Counted from the stretch's first letter, positions 20,540 through 30,377 are shown. The stretch is 64,000 nt of DNA from a bacterium (GCA_037446635.1 JBBIIG010000004.1:76186-140185); one strand, 5' to 3'. Notes: generated from the sequence alone by a model not told the origin. Made by a program: numbers and translations.

Positions 20540-21139
20540 TCAAGATTCCGCCGCCTCAATATACTCCGCTGACACAATCTCTCCCTTCTCGTCGTACTTG
20601 ACGTAGCGCTTGGGATCCGGCTCTAGTTTCAGCATCGTCTGCATATCCAGCATCATGCCGTTGCGGGTGTAATTGGAGATTTCGAGAATGCCGGTGTCCA
20701 TGCGAATGGCGTCTTCGGGACAGGCTTCCACACAGTAACCGCAGAAAATGCACAGCCCGAGATCGATGTCAAAACTCTTCGGCACTTTCTCGATTTGCGG
20801 CTGGTCGGGCTTTTCATCCGCGATGATGTAAATGCAGCGCGCGGGACAGACGGTCTCGCACATCATGCAGGCCACACAGCGCGGCGAGCCGTCTTCGCGG
20901 CGGGTGAGCCGGTGCATGGTGCGCAGCCGAGGAAAAATCGGGCGCAACACTTCGGGATACTGAAATGTCACCGCCCCGAGCCGCTTGGTTTTGATGCCAA
21001 TGGCGCGCAAAGTGTGCGCAACCATATTGCGGAAGAAACGCATCGAAGTGAGCCACAAGCCGGCGATGATGCCCGGCAGATAAGTGCGTTCCCAAAAGGT
21101 CAGCGGTTTGTATTTGTCGTGTACGTTCATAGTTTGCAT
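20540..21139 (-). CDS. nuoI: NADH-quinone oxidoreductase subunit I
   Basis: TFQYPE, CVACMMCETVCP, CIFCGYCVEACPEDAI. Confidence 0.93.
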   Translation of the reverse strand: MQTMNVHDKYKPLTFWERTYLPGIIAGLWLTSMRFFRNMVAHTLRAIGIKTKRLGAVTFQYPEVLRPIFPRLRTMHRLTRREDGSPRCVACMMCETVCPARCIYIIADEKPDQPQIEKVPKSFDIDLGLCIFCGYCVEACPEDAIRMDTGILEISNYTRNGMMLDMQTMLKLEPDPKRYVKYDEKGEIVSAEYIEAAES

Positions 21140-21141
21140 CC

Positions 21142-21174
21142 AACCCTGACAGGGTTTAAAACCCTGTTAGGGTT
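21142..21174. repeat. REP-like palindrome between nuoH and nuoI
   Basis: AACCCTGACAGGGTTTAAAACCCTGTTAGGGTT. Confidence 0.8.
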
Positions 21175-21180
21175 ACGTAG

Positions 21181-22239
21181 TTACTGAATCAACAGAATCA
21201 CCAATCCTGTGATCAAAATATTCGCCAGCGAAATCGGCAGCAAGAATTTCCAGCCGAGGCGCAGAACTTGATCATAGCGAAAGCGCGGCAGCGTCCAGCG
21301 GATGGTCATTTGCAGCCACAAAAAGAACATCACTTTTAGAGTGAAAGTCGTGACTTGCAGCAGCGCCACCGCCCAATTGGGCAGTGCCCATTCCCCCCAC
21401 GGAAAAACGAACCCCGCGGAGGTCAGCCACGGCACTTGCCAGCCGCCAAAAAACAGCGTCACCGTGATGGCGGAGATCATCACAGTCTCGATGAAGTCGG
21501 TGAGAAAATACATGCCGAAGCCCATGCCGCTGTATTCGAGAAAATAACCGATGATCTCGGACTCCCCCTCCGGCGGGTCGAACGGCACGCGCTTGGTTTC
21601 CGCAATGCCAACGGTGAGAAATAGCAGGAATCCCACCGGCTGCAAAATGAATCCCCAATAATGCGCGCCCTGCCAGCGCACGATTTCCTGCAAATCCAAG
21701 GTTTGATAAATCATCAAGCAGCCCATGATGCTGACACCGAGCGCGACTTCATAGGATATCATTTGCGCCGACGCCCGCAGACCGCCCAGCAGCGCATAAT
21801 TGTTGCGCGAAGCCCACGCGCCCAAAACCACGCCGTACACCGCCATGCCCGCAACGGCAAATAGATAAAGAATGCCAACGTTCAGCGGCGCGAGTTGCAG
21901 GTTGACCGCTTTGCCGCCAACGATCAGAACATCGCCAAAAGGAATGACCGCAAATCCCACCAGCGCAAAAAACACCGAAATCGTGGGCGCAAGTGTAAAG
22001 ATGATTTTGTCGGCATTGGCGGGACGGAAGCTCTCTTTGGTGAACATCTTGATGGCATCAGCCAGTGGCTGAAACAGGCCGATGATGCGCAAACCCAAAA
22101 TCGACGCGCGGTTGGCGCCAATGCGATCCTGCATCACCGCGCTTTGTTTGCGTTCCACCCAGGTGAGGATGCCGCCGAAGCTGAGGGCGAAGATCAGGAG
22201 AAATGCCAGTTTGCCAAGAGTGAATCCGATGTCTTCCAT
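21181..22239 (-). CDS. nuoH: NADH-quinone oxidoreductase subunit H
   Basis: ERK..AVMQDRIG, QPLADAIK, GGLRASAQMISYE, RVPFDPPEGESE, LPRFRYDQ. Confidence 0.96.
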   Translation of the reverse strand: MEDIGFTLGKLAFLLIFALSFGGILTWVERKQSAVMQDRIGANRASILGLRIIGLFQPLADAIKMFTKESFRPANADKIIFTLAPTISVFFALVGFAVIPFGDVLIVGGKAVNLQLAPLNVGILYLFAVAGMAVYGVVLGAWASRNNYALLGGLRASAQMISYEVALGVSIMGCLMIYQTLDLQEIVRWQGAHYWGFILQPVGFLLFLTVGIAETKRVPFDPPEGESEIIGYFLEYSGMGFGMYFLTDFIETVMISAITVTLFFGGWQVPWLTSAGFVFPWGEWALPNWAVALLQVTTFTLKVMFFLWLQMTIRWTLPRFRYDQVLRLGWKFLLPISLANILITGLVILLIQ

Positions 22240-22306
22240 TTTTTTGTATTTATTAATTTGTAAGATTTTCCTTTTTACGAGGCAGAGCAAGAACAGAAGT
22301 TTCAGT

Positions 22307-22654
22307 TTACAATGGCAGGAATTCGATTCTATTCTCGATATCCTCTGGCTCTCCTGCTTTTGCGATGATTTCTAAATCACGAATACAACTTCCAACAGGA
22401 ACTCGTAATTGATGTCCATAAATAACCCCGCTGAAGCGAATCCCATTTCTTTGCCGCCGTGTTGCCTCTTGAAGCAGGTTGTAATCTCTGGTGAATAATG
22501 CACGTCGTAATTCTGTCGCTCGATCCAACAGTTCTGAGTCGTCGAATTCACTTGTGCCATCTTGAAAAGATGTTATGATATCGACGCCCCGGCCTCTGAG
22601 TCCGTCTGTGATTGACCGCGGCACGTTATGATCCATGTATAGCTTGATTGCCAT
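22307..22654 (-). CDS. DUF5615 PIN-like toxin
   Basis: LYMDHNVP..LRGRGVDI..DDSELLDRA..RALFTRD. Confidence 0.82.
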   Translation of the reverse strand: MAIKLYMDHNVPRSITDGLRGRGVDIITSFQDGTSEFDDSELLDRATELRRALFTRDYNLLQEATRRQRNGIRFSGVIYGHQLRVPVGSCIRDLEIIAKAGEPEDIENRIEFLPL

Positions 22655-22968
22655 TAAATCAATTTTTTAACCTTCAGACGCGTGATAAGTGGTGAAGGTC
22701 TTGCCGATTCTTTCAATTGGTCTATTTGCACCAATTGACTTTCTATTTCTTGATCGATCTCTTCTTGGTGGTCAGCGTAATATGCCAGCGCAGAATATAT
22801 TTGACCCAGCGTAAGTTGGGGATGTTGATATTGGAGTTCTTCAGGACTCCAACCGTAAGCTATTTTATCAAGCACGAGTTCTACTACTTTGATTTTCGTG
22901 CCCTCGATGGTTGCTTGATTTTTTTCGTTCAGGATGATATGCTCGTAACTTGTTTCGGCAATTGACAT
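22654..22968 (-). CDS. DUF433 antitoxin
   Basis: IEGTKIKV..GWSPEEL..HPQLTLGQIYSALAYY. Confidence 0.87.
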   Translation of the reverse strand: MSIAETSYEHIILNEKNQATIEGTKIKVVELVLDKIAYGWSPEELQYQHPQLTLGQIYSALAYYADHQEEIDQEIESQLVQIDQLKESARPSPLITRLKVKKLI

Positions 22969-23049
22969 CTGACTACTCCTATTTGTATAAATAGATTTCT
23001 AAATTTTATCGGTTACAGCGAACGCCATCGGCAGGCCTGGTAACGGATC

Positions 23050-23076
23050 GTCCACTCCAGCCGGTTATGAGGCAAC
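23050..23076 (-). mobile_element. attC-like left arm at the end of the DUF1772 gene
   Basis: Minus strand GTTGCCTCATAAC-CGG-CTGGAGTGGAC overlaps the stop. A matching GTTAGGCAAC lies at 23630-23639, upstream of the gene. Confidence 0.5.
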
Positions 23077-23610
23077 ATTCTGCCTCCGCACCGCTGGAAA
23101 CGGAACGCTCATTGCCCAGACACAGAGAACGAAGGCCAATGTCCCCGCGGCGATTCGAATCCAGTCAAAGATCACCCACTGGTTTACCAGCTTGATGATT
23201 GCGGCTCTGTCCTGTATCGCGTCCGGAGAATCCTGGGCGACATGCCACAAAGCGAAATTGGCCGGCCAAAACCAGAGAACGGTGAAGATGAGGATCACCA
23301 TAAGCATCAGCGGCGGGAGGAACAAACAAACCCGGTAGCTTGAGGGGGTTCGCCATCCGCTGACGAAAACTCCAAAAGAGCAAATCAGCAAGGCAACTGA
23401 ACTGGGGAAGAAATAGTCGCCCGTGTCGACCGGGAAGCGAGGACCGTATGGTAAAAGTTCCAGCGATTCCGGAGGGGAGGCGCTCCATGCGCCTACCAGG
23501 ACGACATGATCGAACAGCTTCCCGCCTAAGAGGATTCCCCAGGCGAGCACCGAAATCCAGAGCAATGTGCGGGTCATTTGTGCTCGCCATGACATCGCAT
23601 TCGTCTTCAT
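23065..23610 (-). CDS. DUF1772/anthrone oxygenase-like membrane protein
   Basis: Four hydrophobic helices, W..SPPES, F.PAN, W...DWIR. Confidence 0.65.
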   Translation of the reverse strand: MKTNAMSWRAQMTRTLLWISVLAWGILLGGKLFDHVVLVGAWSASPPESLELLPYGPRFPVDTGDYFFPSSVALLICSFGVFVSGWRTPSSYRVCLFLPPLMLMVILIFTVLWFWPANFALWHVAQDSPDAIQDRAAIIKLVNQWVIFDWIRIAAGTLAFVLCVWAMSVPFPAVRRQNVAS

Positions 23611-23644
23611 CGAGTGTCCTTCGGATCCAGTTGCCTAACTTCCA

Positions 23645-25303
23645 TCACGTTACTCTTGCCTCCGCCGCTTTTTCTGATTCGACTTTATAACCATTGAGAA
23701 CGACCCCCTGATCGCCAATCGCTTGATAAGTCAATCCGCTGAAAGATGAAAGCTGACTGCTGAGCGCGGCAAACACATCCTCCGCTTCAAAGTAGGGCAT
23801 CGACTTGCCTAACTTTTTCGCGAGGTTGCGAAAAATCATCCAGTCGGGTTTGGACTCACCCAGCGGCGGCACCGCGCGATTGATTTTCTGCACTCGCCGC
23901 GCAAAATTAGTGAACGTGCCATCCATCTCAACAAACGTTGCTGATGGCAGAACATAATGAGCCAGCGCGGAGGTTGAATTGCTGTTTGTGCCCTGAAAAA
24001 CAATCAGCTCCAAATGCGCGAACGCCGATTCGATCTTGCTGAGCGCGATCCCCTTTTCGAGATCGTGATGGCAAATATAAAGCGCGCGCAGATTTTTGGC
24101 CGCGGCGGCGTCGATCATTTGCTCGATGGTCATCGTTTTCTTTCGCATCATCGTGGGCACAATTTCTTTAGCGCCCGTGGTGTTGGGATTTTTATCGGCT
24201 TTGATCAGAAAATCGTCTTCGTAGCCTTTTTCCAGCGGTGGCAATTCAAAGTTGATGTTTTCGAGATTGAGCATCTCGTGGAAAAATCGCATGGCCGCAT
24301 ACAAACCTTCGTTCGTCATCTGCGGTGACAGCATCACCCCGACGGCTTTTGTGCCGTGCGTTTCTATGATCTCTTTAATTCTTTTCGCGATGCTTGTCGC
24401 GGCGTCTTCCCACGACAGCTCCGAAAACCAACCGGTCTCTTTTTTCAGCGGCGTCACAATGCGGTTTCCCGCATCGACATAATCGAAGCCATAGCGCCCT
24501 TCATCGCACATCCACCATTGGTTGACCTCGGCATTGTAGCGCGGCTTGAGTCGCGAGATGCGGATGCCGCCGGCTTTGTACGGGCGCTTGTCGTTGTGAT
24601 GGACGTAAATATTGCAACCGTTGCTGCAACCGGGACAGATGGATTTGGTTTCGCTCAAATACCACACGCGGGTGCGGAAGCGGAAGTCGCGATCGGTGAG
24701 CGCGCCCACGGGACAGATATCTACTGTGTTGCCGGAATATTTGTTATCCAATTCCCGGCCGGGATACGGCAGCAGCTCGGCGTGATCGCCGCGATTGAAA
24801 ATTCCCAACTCGTGAGTTTTAGAAATTTCATCACAAAAGCGCACGCAGCGCGAGCACAAAATACAGCGCTCGGAATCGAGAATCACATTCGGGCCGATGG
24901 GCATGGCCTTGTGCTTCTTGACTTTGTCCTCGTACATTTTGCTGTCATAGAGTCCGTGCTGCATGTAAAAATTTTGCAGCCAGCACTCGCCAGCCTGATC
25001 GCAAACGGGACAATCCAGCGGGTGATTGATGAGCAGAAATTCCAACACCGCGCGCCGGGCTTCGAGGACTTTGGCGTTATTGGTGTGCACCACCATACCA
25101 TCGGTGACCGGCGTATAGCACGCCACCTGCAGCTTGGGCATACGCTCGATTTCAACGAGACAAATCCGGCACACCCCAACGATGCTGAGACCGGGGTGAT
25201 AGCAGTAACGCGGGATTTCAATCCCTAATTTCTCCGCGGCTTGAATGACGGTGGTGCCTTTTTCAACTTCGATGGTGGCGCCGTCTATGGTGATTTTGGG
25301 CAT
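23645..25303 (-). CDS. nuoG: NADH-quinone oxidoreductase subunit G
   Basis: IPRYCYHPGLSIVGVCRICLVE, NHPLDCPVCDQAGEC, RCILCSRCVRFC, CPGCSNGC. Confidence 0.93.
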   Translation of the reverse strand: MPKITIDGATIEVEKGTTVIQAAEKLGIEIPRYCYHPGLSIVGVCRICLVEIERMPKLQVACYTPVTDGMVVHTNNAKVLEARRAVLEFLLINHPLDCPVCDQAGECWLQNFYMQHGLYDSKMYEDKVKKHKAMPIGPNVILDSERCILCSRCVRFCDEISKTHELGIFNRGDHAELLPYPGRELDNKYSGNTVDICPVGALTDRDFRFRTRVWYLSETKSICPGCSNGCNIYVHHNDKRPYKAGGIRISRLKPRYNAEVNQWWMCDEGRYGFDYVDAGNRIVTPLKKETGWFSELSWEDAATSIAKRIKEIIETHGTKAVGVMLSPQMTNEGLYAAMRFFHEMLNLENINFELPPLEKGYEDDFLIKADKNPNTTGAKEIVPTMMRKKTMTIEQMIDAAAAKNLRALYICHHDLEKGIALSKIESAFAHLELIVFQGTNSNSTSALAHYVLPSATFVEMDGTFTNFARRVQKINRAVPPLGESKPDWMIFRNLAKKLGKSMPYFEAEDVFAALSSQLSSFSGLTYQAIGDQGVVLNGYKVESEKAAEARVT

Positions 25304-25401
25304 TTATTTTCCCTTTTTCCTTTCTTTCAACAATAGTCGCGATAGATGTTTTTGATCGCGAAAATAGCCGCACATCTTCTCTACAAATTCGTGCTTGTCA
25401 G

Positions 25402-26667
25402 CTAATGAATATTGCACTTCCGCTCCCGACAATGATACTCAAACTCATCGCGGAATTTTTTGACGTAGCTTTGAATCGGCCACGCAGCCGCGTCTCCCAA
25501 AGGACAAATGGTGTTGCCGAATATGTTGTTAGCGATGGTTACGAGATTGTCCACGTCTTCGGGGCGGCCGCGGCCCTCCAAAATTCGATGCAGAATTTTA
25601 TCCGCCCAGCCGGTGCCCTCGCGGCACGGGGTGCACTGCCCACACGATTCGTGGTGATAAAAACGAGTAACAACGTACAACGCGCGCACGATGCAGGTAG
25701 TTTCATCCATCACGATCACCCCGGCCGAGCCCAGCATCGAGCCGATGGCAGCGAGGGAGTCGAAGTCCATTTTCACATCGATTTCGTCGGCAGTTAATAT
25801 TGGCGCCGATGATCCGCCCGGCACCACGGCTTTTAATTTCGCGCCATTTTTCATTCCGCCGGCGTGCTCGAAAATGATCTCCCGCAGCGGCGTGCCCATC
25901 GGCAATTCATACACGCCGGGCTTTTTCACGTGGCCGCTGACGCTGAAAAATCGGACACCGCCGTTGCGCTCGGTTCCCAATTTCGCAAACCACTCGCCGC
26001 CCCTTTCGATAATGGTCGGAACGTATGCAATAGTCTCGACGTTGTTCACAATCGTTGGACAGCGGAACGCACCTTCGATGGCCGGGAATGGTGGCTTCAT
26101 ACGCGGCCAGCCCTTTTTGCCTTCGAGCGATTCCAAAAGCGCGGTTTCTTCGCCGCAAATGTAAGCGCCGGCACCGCGATGCACCACGACCTCAAGCTCG
26201 TAATCGCTGCCAAAAATCTTCTTCCCCAAATAGCCTTTTTTGCGGGCGGCTTTGATTTGCTCCACCAATCGCTCCGCCTGCCGCACATACTCGCCGCGAA
26301 TGTAGATGAACGCCTTGTGCGCGCCAATGGCATACGCGGCGATCATGATTCCTTCCAACAAGCCGTGGGTGTAGTGATCGATGACATAGCGATCTTTGAA
26401 CGTGCCCGGCTCGCTTTCATCGGCATTGACGACGAGATACTTGGGTTTCGGATTGTCTTTCGGGATGAAAGACCACTTGCGCCCGGTCGGAAATCCCGCG
26501 CCGCCGAGTCCCCGCAAATTGGATTTGATGACTTCCTGCGTCACCTGATCCGGCGTCATCTCTTTCAACACCCGGCGAATGGTTTGATAGCCGCCGTGCT
26601 GCTCATACACTTCGACGGTGTGCGAGTTGGGGATATCAAAAAATTTTGAGATGATTTTTTCTGGCAT
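25402..26667 (-). CDS. nuoF: NADH-quinone oxidoreductase subunit F
   Basis: LRGLGGAGFPTG, NADESEPGTFKD, GAGAYICGEETAL, ESCGQCTPCREG. Confidence 0.97.
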   Translation of the reverse strand: MPEKIISKFFDIPNSHTVEVYEQHGGYQTIRRVLKEMTPDQVTQEVIKSNLRGLGGAGFPTGRKWSFIPKDNPKPKYLVVNADESEPGTFKDRYVIDHYTHGLLEGIMIAAYAIGAHKAFIYIRGEYVRQAERLVEQIKAARKKGYLGKKIFGSDYELEVVVHRGAGAYICGEETALLESLEGKKGWPRMKPPFPAIEGAFRCPTIVNNVETIAYVPTIIERGGEWFAKLGTERNGGVRFFSVSGHVKKPGVYELPMGTPLREIIFEHAGGMKNGAKLKAVVPGGSSAPILTADEIDVKMDFDSLAAIGSMLGSAGVIVMDETTCIVRALYVVTRFYHHESCGQCTPCREGTGWADKILHRILEGRGRPEDVDNLVTIANNIFGNTICPLGDAAAWPIQSYVKKFRDEFEYHCRERKCNIH

Positions 26668-26675
26668 ATTGTTTA

Positions 26676-26945
26676 TTAAGCCTTCTCAAGTTTTGGCCTT
26701 CGTGCTGGCACACCGTAAAGCATACCCTCGACGCTAATATCCTCGTCAATGTCCGGCCAATGCACACCATGGCCATCTCCAATTAGCTCATAATTTTGTC
26801 GCTGAGCCGGCGTCGCGTCCGACAATCGCCAAGACCAGCACAGTGGCACACTAATCGTTCGCCCATCGGTTAATTCCGCGGTGATGGTGTCGTCGGAAAC
26901 ATGAATGTGTTTTATCTTCGCGTCAATGTTAACCACAGTGTTCAT
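26676..26945 (-). CDS. DUF2442 antitoxin
   Basis: LTDGRTISVPL..RLSDATPAQRQNYELIGDGHGVHWPDIDEDISV. Confidence 0.88.
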   Translation of the reverse strand: MNTVVNIDAKIKHIHVSDDTITAELTDGRTISVPLCWSWRLSDATPAQRQNYELIGDGHGVHWPDIDEDISVEGMLYGVPARRPKLEKA

Positions 26946-27165
26946 CCCACGCCTCAGTGATTTGATCAATTTTCTCTACAATTATTTTTCGAATCCGGTT
27001 TAGCTCTTTAGCAGAAAACTTATAATTCTTACAGAGAACGACTGGCTCCAACCAAAATTTACACAGACTCTTTCCTCGTTGAACGTGAACATGTTTAGGT
27101 TCATTACAGTCAAAACTATAAAAGAAAAAACGATAAGGGCCAACAATGTTCTTGATAGTAGGCAT
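26929..27165 (-). CDS. DUF4160 toxin-like protein
   Basis: MPTI..YRFFFYS..NEPKHVHV..KFWL..W. Confidence 0.88.
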   Translation of the reverse strand: MPTIKNIVGPYRFFFYSFDCNEPKHVHVQRGKSLCKFWLEPVVLCKNYKFSAKELNRIRKIIVEKIDQITEAWDEHCG

Positions 27166-27173
27166 GAATGAAT

Positions 27174-27665
27174 TTACTTCATGACCTTTCCGTTTTTTAG
27201 CTTCTCCACAATCTCATCAATTTTTTTCTCGCTCAAATTGTCGATGTAATCCTCGTTCAACTGCATCATCGGCGCGGTTTCACAGGAAGCGAGGCATTCC
27301 ACTTCGGTGATGGTGAATTTCAAATCCGCACTGGTTTCGCCGGGTTTGATGCCCAGCCGCTCCGATAAATGTTTCAAAATATTTTCGCAGCCGCCCAAAT
27401 CGCACGACAAACCGCGGCACACTTGAAAATGATATTTGCCGCGCGGCTGGCGGGCGATGAGCGTGTAAAACGTCATCACCTCGTGCACTTTCACTGGCGG
27501 CACTTGCAGCAGCGATGCCACATAAACTTCCACTTCCGGCGAAACGTGGCCGAATTCTTTCTCCGCCAAATATAAAACCGGCAGCATCGCCGCCTGACGC
27601 TGCGGGTACTGATTGACGATTTCGTCAAACTTTTTTCGCGCCGCCGCCGAGAATTCTACGCTCAC
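27174..27665 (-). CDS. nuoE: NADH-quinone oxidoreductase subunit E
   Basis: EVMTFY, VCRGLSC, ECLASCETAP. Confidence 0.95.
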   Translation of the reverse strand: MSVEFSAAARKKFDEIVNQYPQRQAAMLPVLYLAEKEFGHVSPEVEVYVASLLQVPPVKVHEVMTFYTLIARQPRGKYHFQVCRGLSCDLGGCENILKHLSERLGIKPGETSADLKFTITEVECLASCETAPMMQLNEDYIDNLSEKKIDEIVEKLKNGKVMK

Positions 27666-29536
27666 CGATCCAATTCTCCTGCAATCATGTTAATGGAACC
27701 AAACGTCGGAATGATATCCGCCACCTGCGCGCCTTCAATCATTTTATGAAAGCCGGCCACAAATGCAAAGCACGGCGGCCGGCAGCGCACGCGATGGGCT
27801 TTGTCCGTGCCGTCGCTGACAATATAAAATCCCAGCTCACCGTTCGCGCCTTCGACCGCGTGGTACGCTTCTCCGCGCGGCGGACGAATGCCGTAGCCTT
27901 CCATAATCAGCATAAAATGATTCATCAGCCCCTCGATGCTGCCGTAGGTTTTTTCTTTCGCCGGCAGGGCTACTCGTTTATCATGAGTATAAACCTGATC
28001 GTGATAGGGCTTGTTGCTTCCCAGGAGCGTCGGGTCGGTCACCGCCACTTGATGCAGCAGGTCGTGGGTTTGTCCGAATTTGCCGAGGTCCGCCATTTTT
28101 TCGGCAGGAATTTCTTTGCCCTCGAAGTCCACCATCACCGCGCCGGCAGGCATCTTTTTGAAGGCCTGTTCGATGATGCGCATGCTCTGCTCCATCTCTT
28201 CCATGCGCACGAGATAGCGATCGTAGATATCGCCGTTTTCGCCAACTGGAATTTCAAAGTTGATCTGATCGTAATTGCAATACGGAAACGCCTTGCGTAT
28301 ATCGTATTCCACGCCGCAGGCCCGTAGCATGGGGCCGGTGAAGCTGAAAGAAATCGCGTCTTCTTTGGAAATCGCGCCCACGTGCTGCGTGCGATCAACA
28401 AAGATGCGGTTGCGGGTCAGCAGCTTGTGCACCTCTTTGATTTCATGGCGAACTTTTTTCAGCTTTTCGTGGACACGCTGCTCGAAGCCCGGCGGCAGGT
28501 CGCCTTTCACGCCGCCGACGCGTACATAGGAAATGGTAACGCGCGCGCCGGTGACTTCTTCGATCAGCTCGTACAAATATTCTCGTGCTTGCATAAAATA
28601 GAGAAACGCGGTCATCGCCCCCATCTCCATCGCCATGGCGCCAATGCAGGTGAGGTGATCCGCGATGCGGGAGATTTCGCTCATGATCATGCGAATGTAT
28701 TTGCAGCGCTCGGTCACCTCAATGCCCAACAATTTCTCAACGGTTTGCGCGTAGCCGACATTGTTGATGAGCGGCGAAACGTAATTCAAGCGGTCGGTGT
28801 ACGGGAACACGCCGTTGTAATAGATGTTCTCTGAATGCTTCTCAAACGAACGATGCAGATAACCGATTCCCAAATCCGAGTTGACTACTTTCTCGCCATC
28901 CAGCTCAAGAATAATTTTAATGACCCCATGCATCGCGGGATGCGATGGCCCCATGTTCAAAAACATGTGTTTCACCTTCAAACCATTTTCTTCGGAGACG
29001 TATTCGTCCATGGCCTTGTGCATCAAATCCAGCGAAGGCGAGGTGGTGCCGTTTTTGCTGAAGGTCGCCCCCACCAGCGGCTGGCGTTTGTTGATGGGAT
29101 AATCCTTGCGCAACGGGTGGCCCTTGAATTCGTCATACATCAATAGCCGTCGCAAATCGGGGTGCCCCTTGAAGCGGATGCCGAACATGTCCCACACTTC
29201 CCGCTCGTACCAGTTGGCAATCTGCCAGATGTCGGAGACGGTTGGCGCCTGCGGGTCGCGTTCATCCACGGGAACTTTGAGACGAAGACGTTGATTGTTT
29301 TTGAACGAGTGCAGATGATACACAACTTCAAAGCGCGGATCGCGGCCGAGGTAATCGACGCCTGCGAGATCCACCAGCATGTCAAATTTTAAATTGGGAT
29401 CGTCGCGCAAGAAGCGGCAAATGTCGCGAATGACGGCTTTATCAACCACCACCAAATCGTCGCCGCGATAGGTGTAGGCTTCGTAAAGGTGATCGGAAAA
29501 TTTATCTTGAAGAGCTTTGAAGATTTTTTGAGCCAT
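27662..29536 (-). CDS. nuoCD: Fused NADH-quinone oxidoreductase subunits C/D
   Basis: NuoC motif EREVWDMFGIRFKGHPDLRR, followed in frame by NuoD motifs NMGPSHPAMHG, GYLHR, DRLNY, GELDR. Confidence 0.95.
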   Translation of the reverse strand: MAQKIFKALQDKFSDHLYEAYTYRGDDLVVVDKAVIRDICRFLRDDPNLKFDMLVDLAGVDYLGRDPRFEVVYHLHSFKNNQRLRLKVPVDERDPQAPTVSDIWQIANWYEREVWDMFGIRFKGHPDLRRLLMYDEFKGHPLRKDYPINKRQPLVGATFSKNGTTSPSLDLMHKAMDEYVSEENGLKVKHMFLNMGPSHPAMHGVIKIILELDGEKVVNSDLGIGYLHRSFEKHSENIYYNGVFPYTDRLNYVSPLINNVGYAQTVEKLLGIEVTERCKYIRMIMSEISRIADHLTCIGAMAMEMGAMTAFLYFMQAREYLYELIEEVTGARVTISYVRVGGVKGDLPPGFEQRVHEKLKKVRHEIKEVHKLLTRNRIFVDRTQHVGAISKEDAISFSFTGPMLRACGVEYDIRKAFPYCNYDQINFEIPVGENGDIYDRYLVRMEEMEQSMRIIEQAFKKMPAGAVMVDFEGKEIPAEKMADLGKFGQTHDLLHQVAVTDPTLLGSNKPYHDQVYTHDKRVALPAKEKTYGSIEGLMNHFMLIMEGYGIRPPRGEAYHAVEGANGELGFYIVSDGTDKAHRVRCRPPCFAFVAGFHKMIEGAQVADIIPTFGSINMIAGELDR

Positions 29537-30012
29537 TAATATTCGTGTTTCTGTTTTTGAATTTTTTCCTGCAGCAGCATGAGTCCTTGAATCACGGTTT
29601 CGGGTCGTGGGGGACAACCGGGAATATAAACATCCACTGGCACGATGGTATCGATGCCGATGACCGTGGAGTAATCGTCATAAAATCCACCCGTGCAGGT
29701 GCAGACGCCAAACGCGACAACGTATTTCGGCTCGCACATTTGATCGTAAACCCGCCGCAGCACCGGCGCAATTTTCTGGCTGACGGTGCCGACGCACATC
29801 AGCATGTCGGCCTGCCGCGGCGAGAAGCGCGGAAAGGCCGCGCCGAAGCGATCCAAATCGTAATGCGCCGAAGACACCGACATATATTCCATGCCGCAGC
29901 AGGCGGTGACGAACGGATACGGAAACAACGAATATTTTCTGGCCCAACCGATCGCTTCATCGAGCTTGGTGGTGACCATGTTGTCGCCGCCCAACAAATT
30001 TCTCAATCCCAT
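29536..30012 (-). CDS. nuoB: NADH-quinone oxidoreductase subunit B
   Basis: TACCGME, FSPRQAD, GVCTCTGG, PGCPPRPE. Confidence 0.95.
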   Translation of the reverse strand: MGLRNLLGGDNMVTTKLDEAIGWARKYSLFPYPFVTACCGMEYMSVSSAHYDLDRFGAAFPRFSPRQADMLMCVGTVSQKIAPVLRRVYDQMCEPKYVVAFGVCTCTGGFYDDYSTVIGIDTIVPVDVYIPGCPPRPETVIQGLMLLQEKIQKQKHEY

Positions 30013-30356
30013 TGCAACGCTCCTTTTTTCCAGGCATACGCCAATCCCAGCACTAACACGCCGATGAACAGCGCCATCGAGACGAAAGCAATCATTCCAA
30101 TTCCGCGAAACACCACCGCCCACGGAAAAAGAAAAATGATTTCGATGTCAAATAGGACGAACAAAATCGCGATGGTGTAAAACTTCACGGAAAATCGTTC
30201 GCCGGGGCGCGAGATTGGGATGTTGCCGCATTCAAAAATTTCTTCTTTCACCGGATTCTTTTTCTTCGGCCCGAGCCACTGGGAGAGGCCGAGCAAAATT
30301 GCCACGACTAACCCGGCGCCGAGAAACATGATTAAAACTGCGATGAGTTCATTCAT
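30003..30356 (-). CDS. nuoA: NADH-quinone oxidoreductase subunit A
   Basis: FECG, LFVLFDIEIIFLFPWA, WKKGALQW. Confidence 0.96.
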   Translation of the reverse strand: MNELIAVLIMFLGAGLVVAILLGLSQWLGPKKKNPVKEEIFECGNIPISRPGERFSVKFYTIAILFVLFDIEIIFLFPWAVVFRGIGMIAFVSMALFIGVLVLGLAYAWKKGALQWD

Positions 30357-30377
30357 AAGTCAGTAATCCTATAAAAA

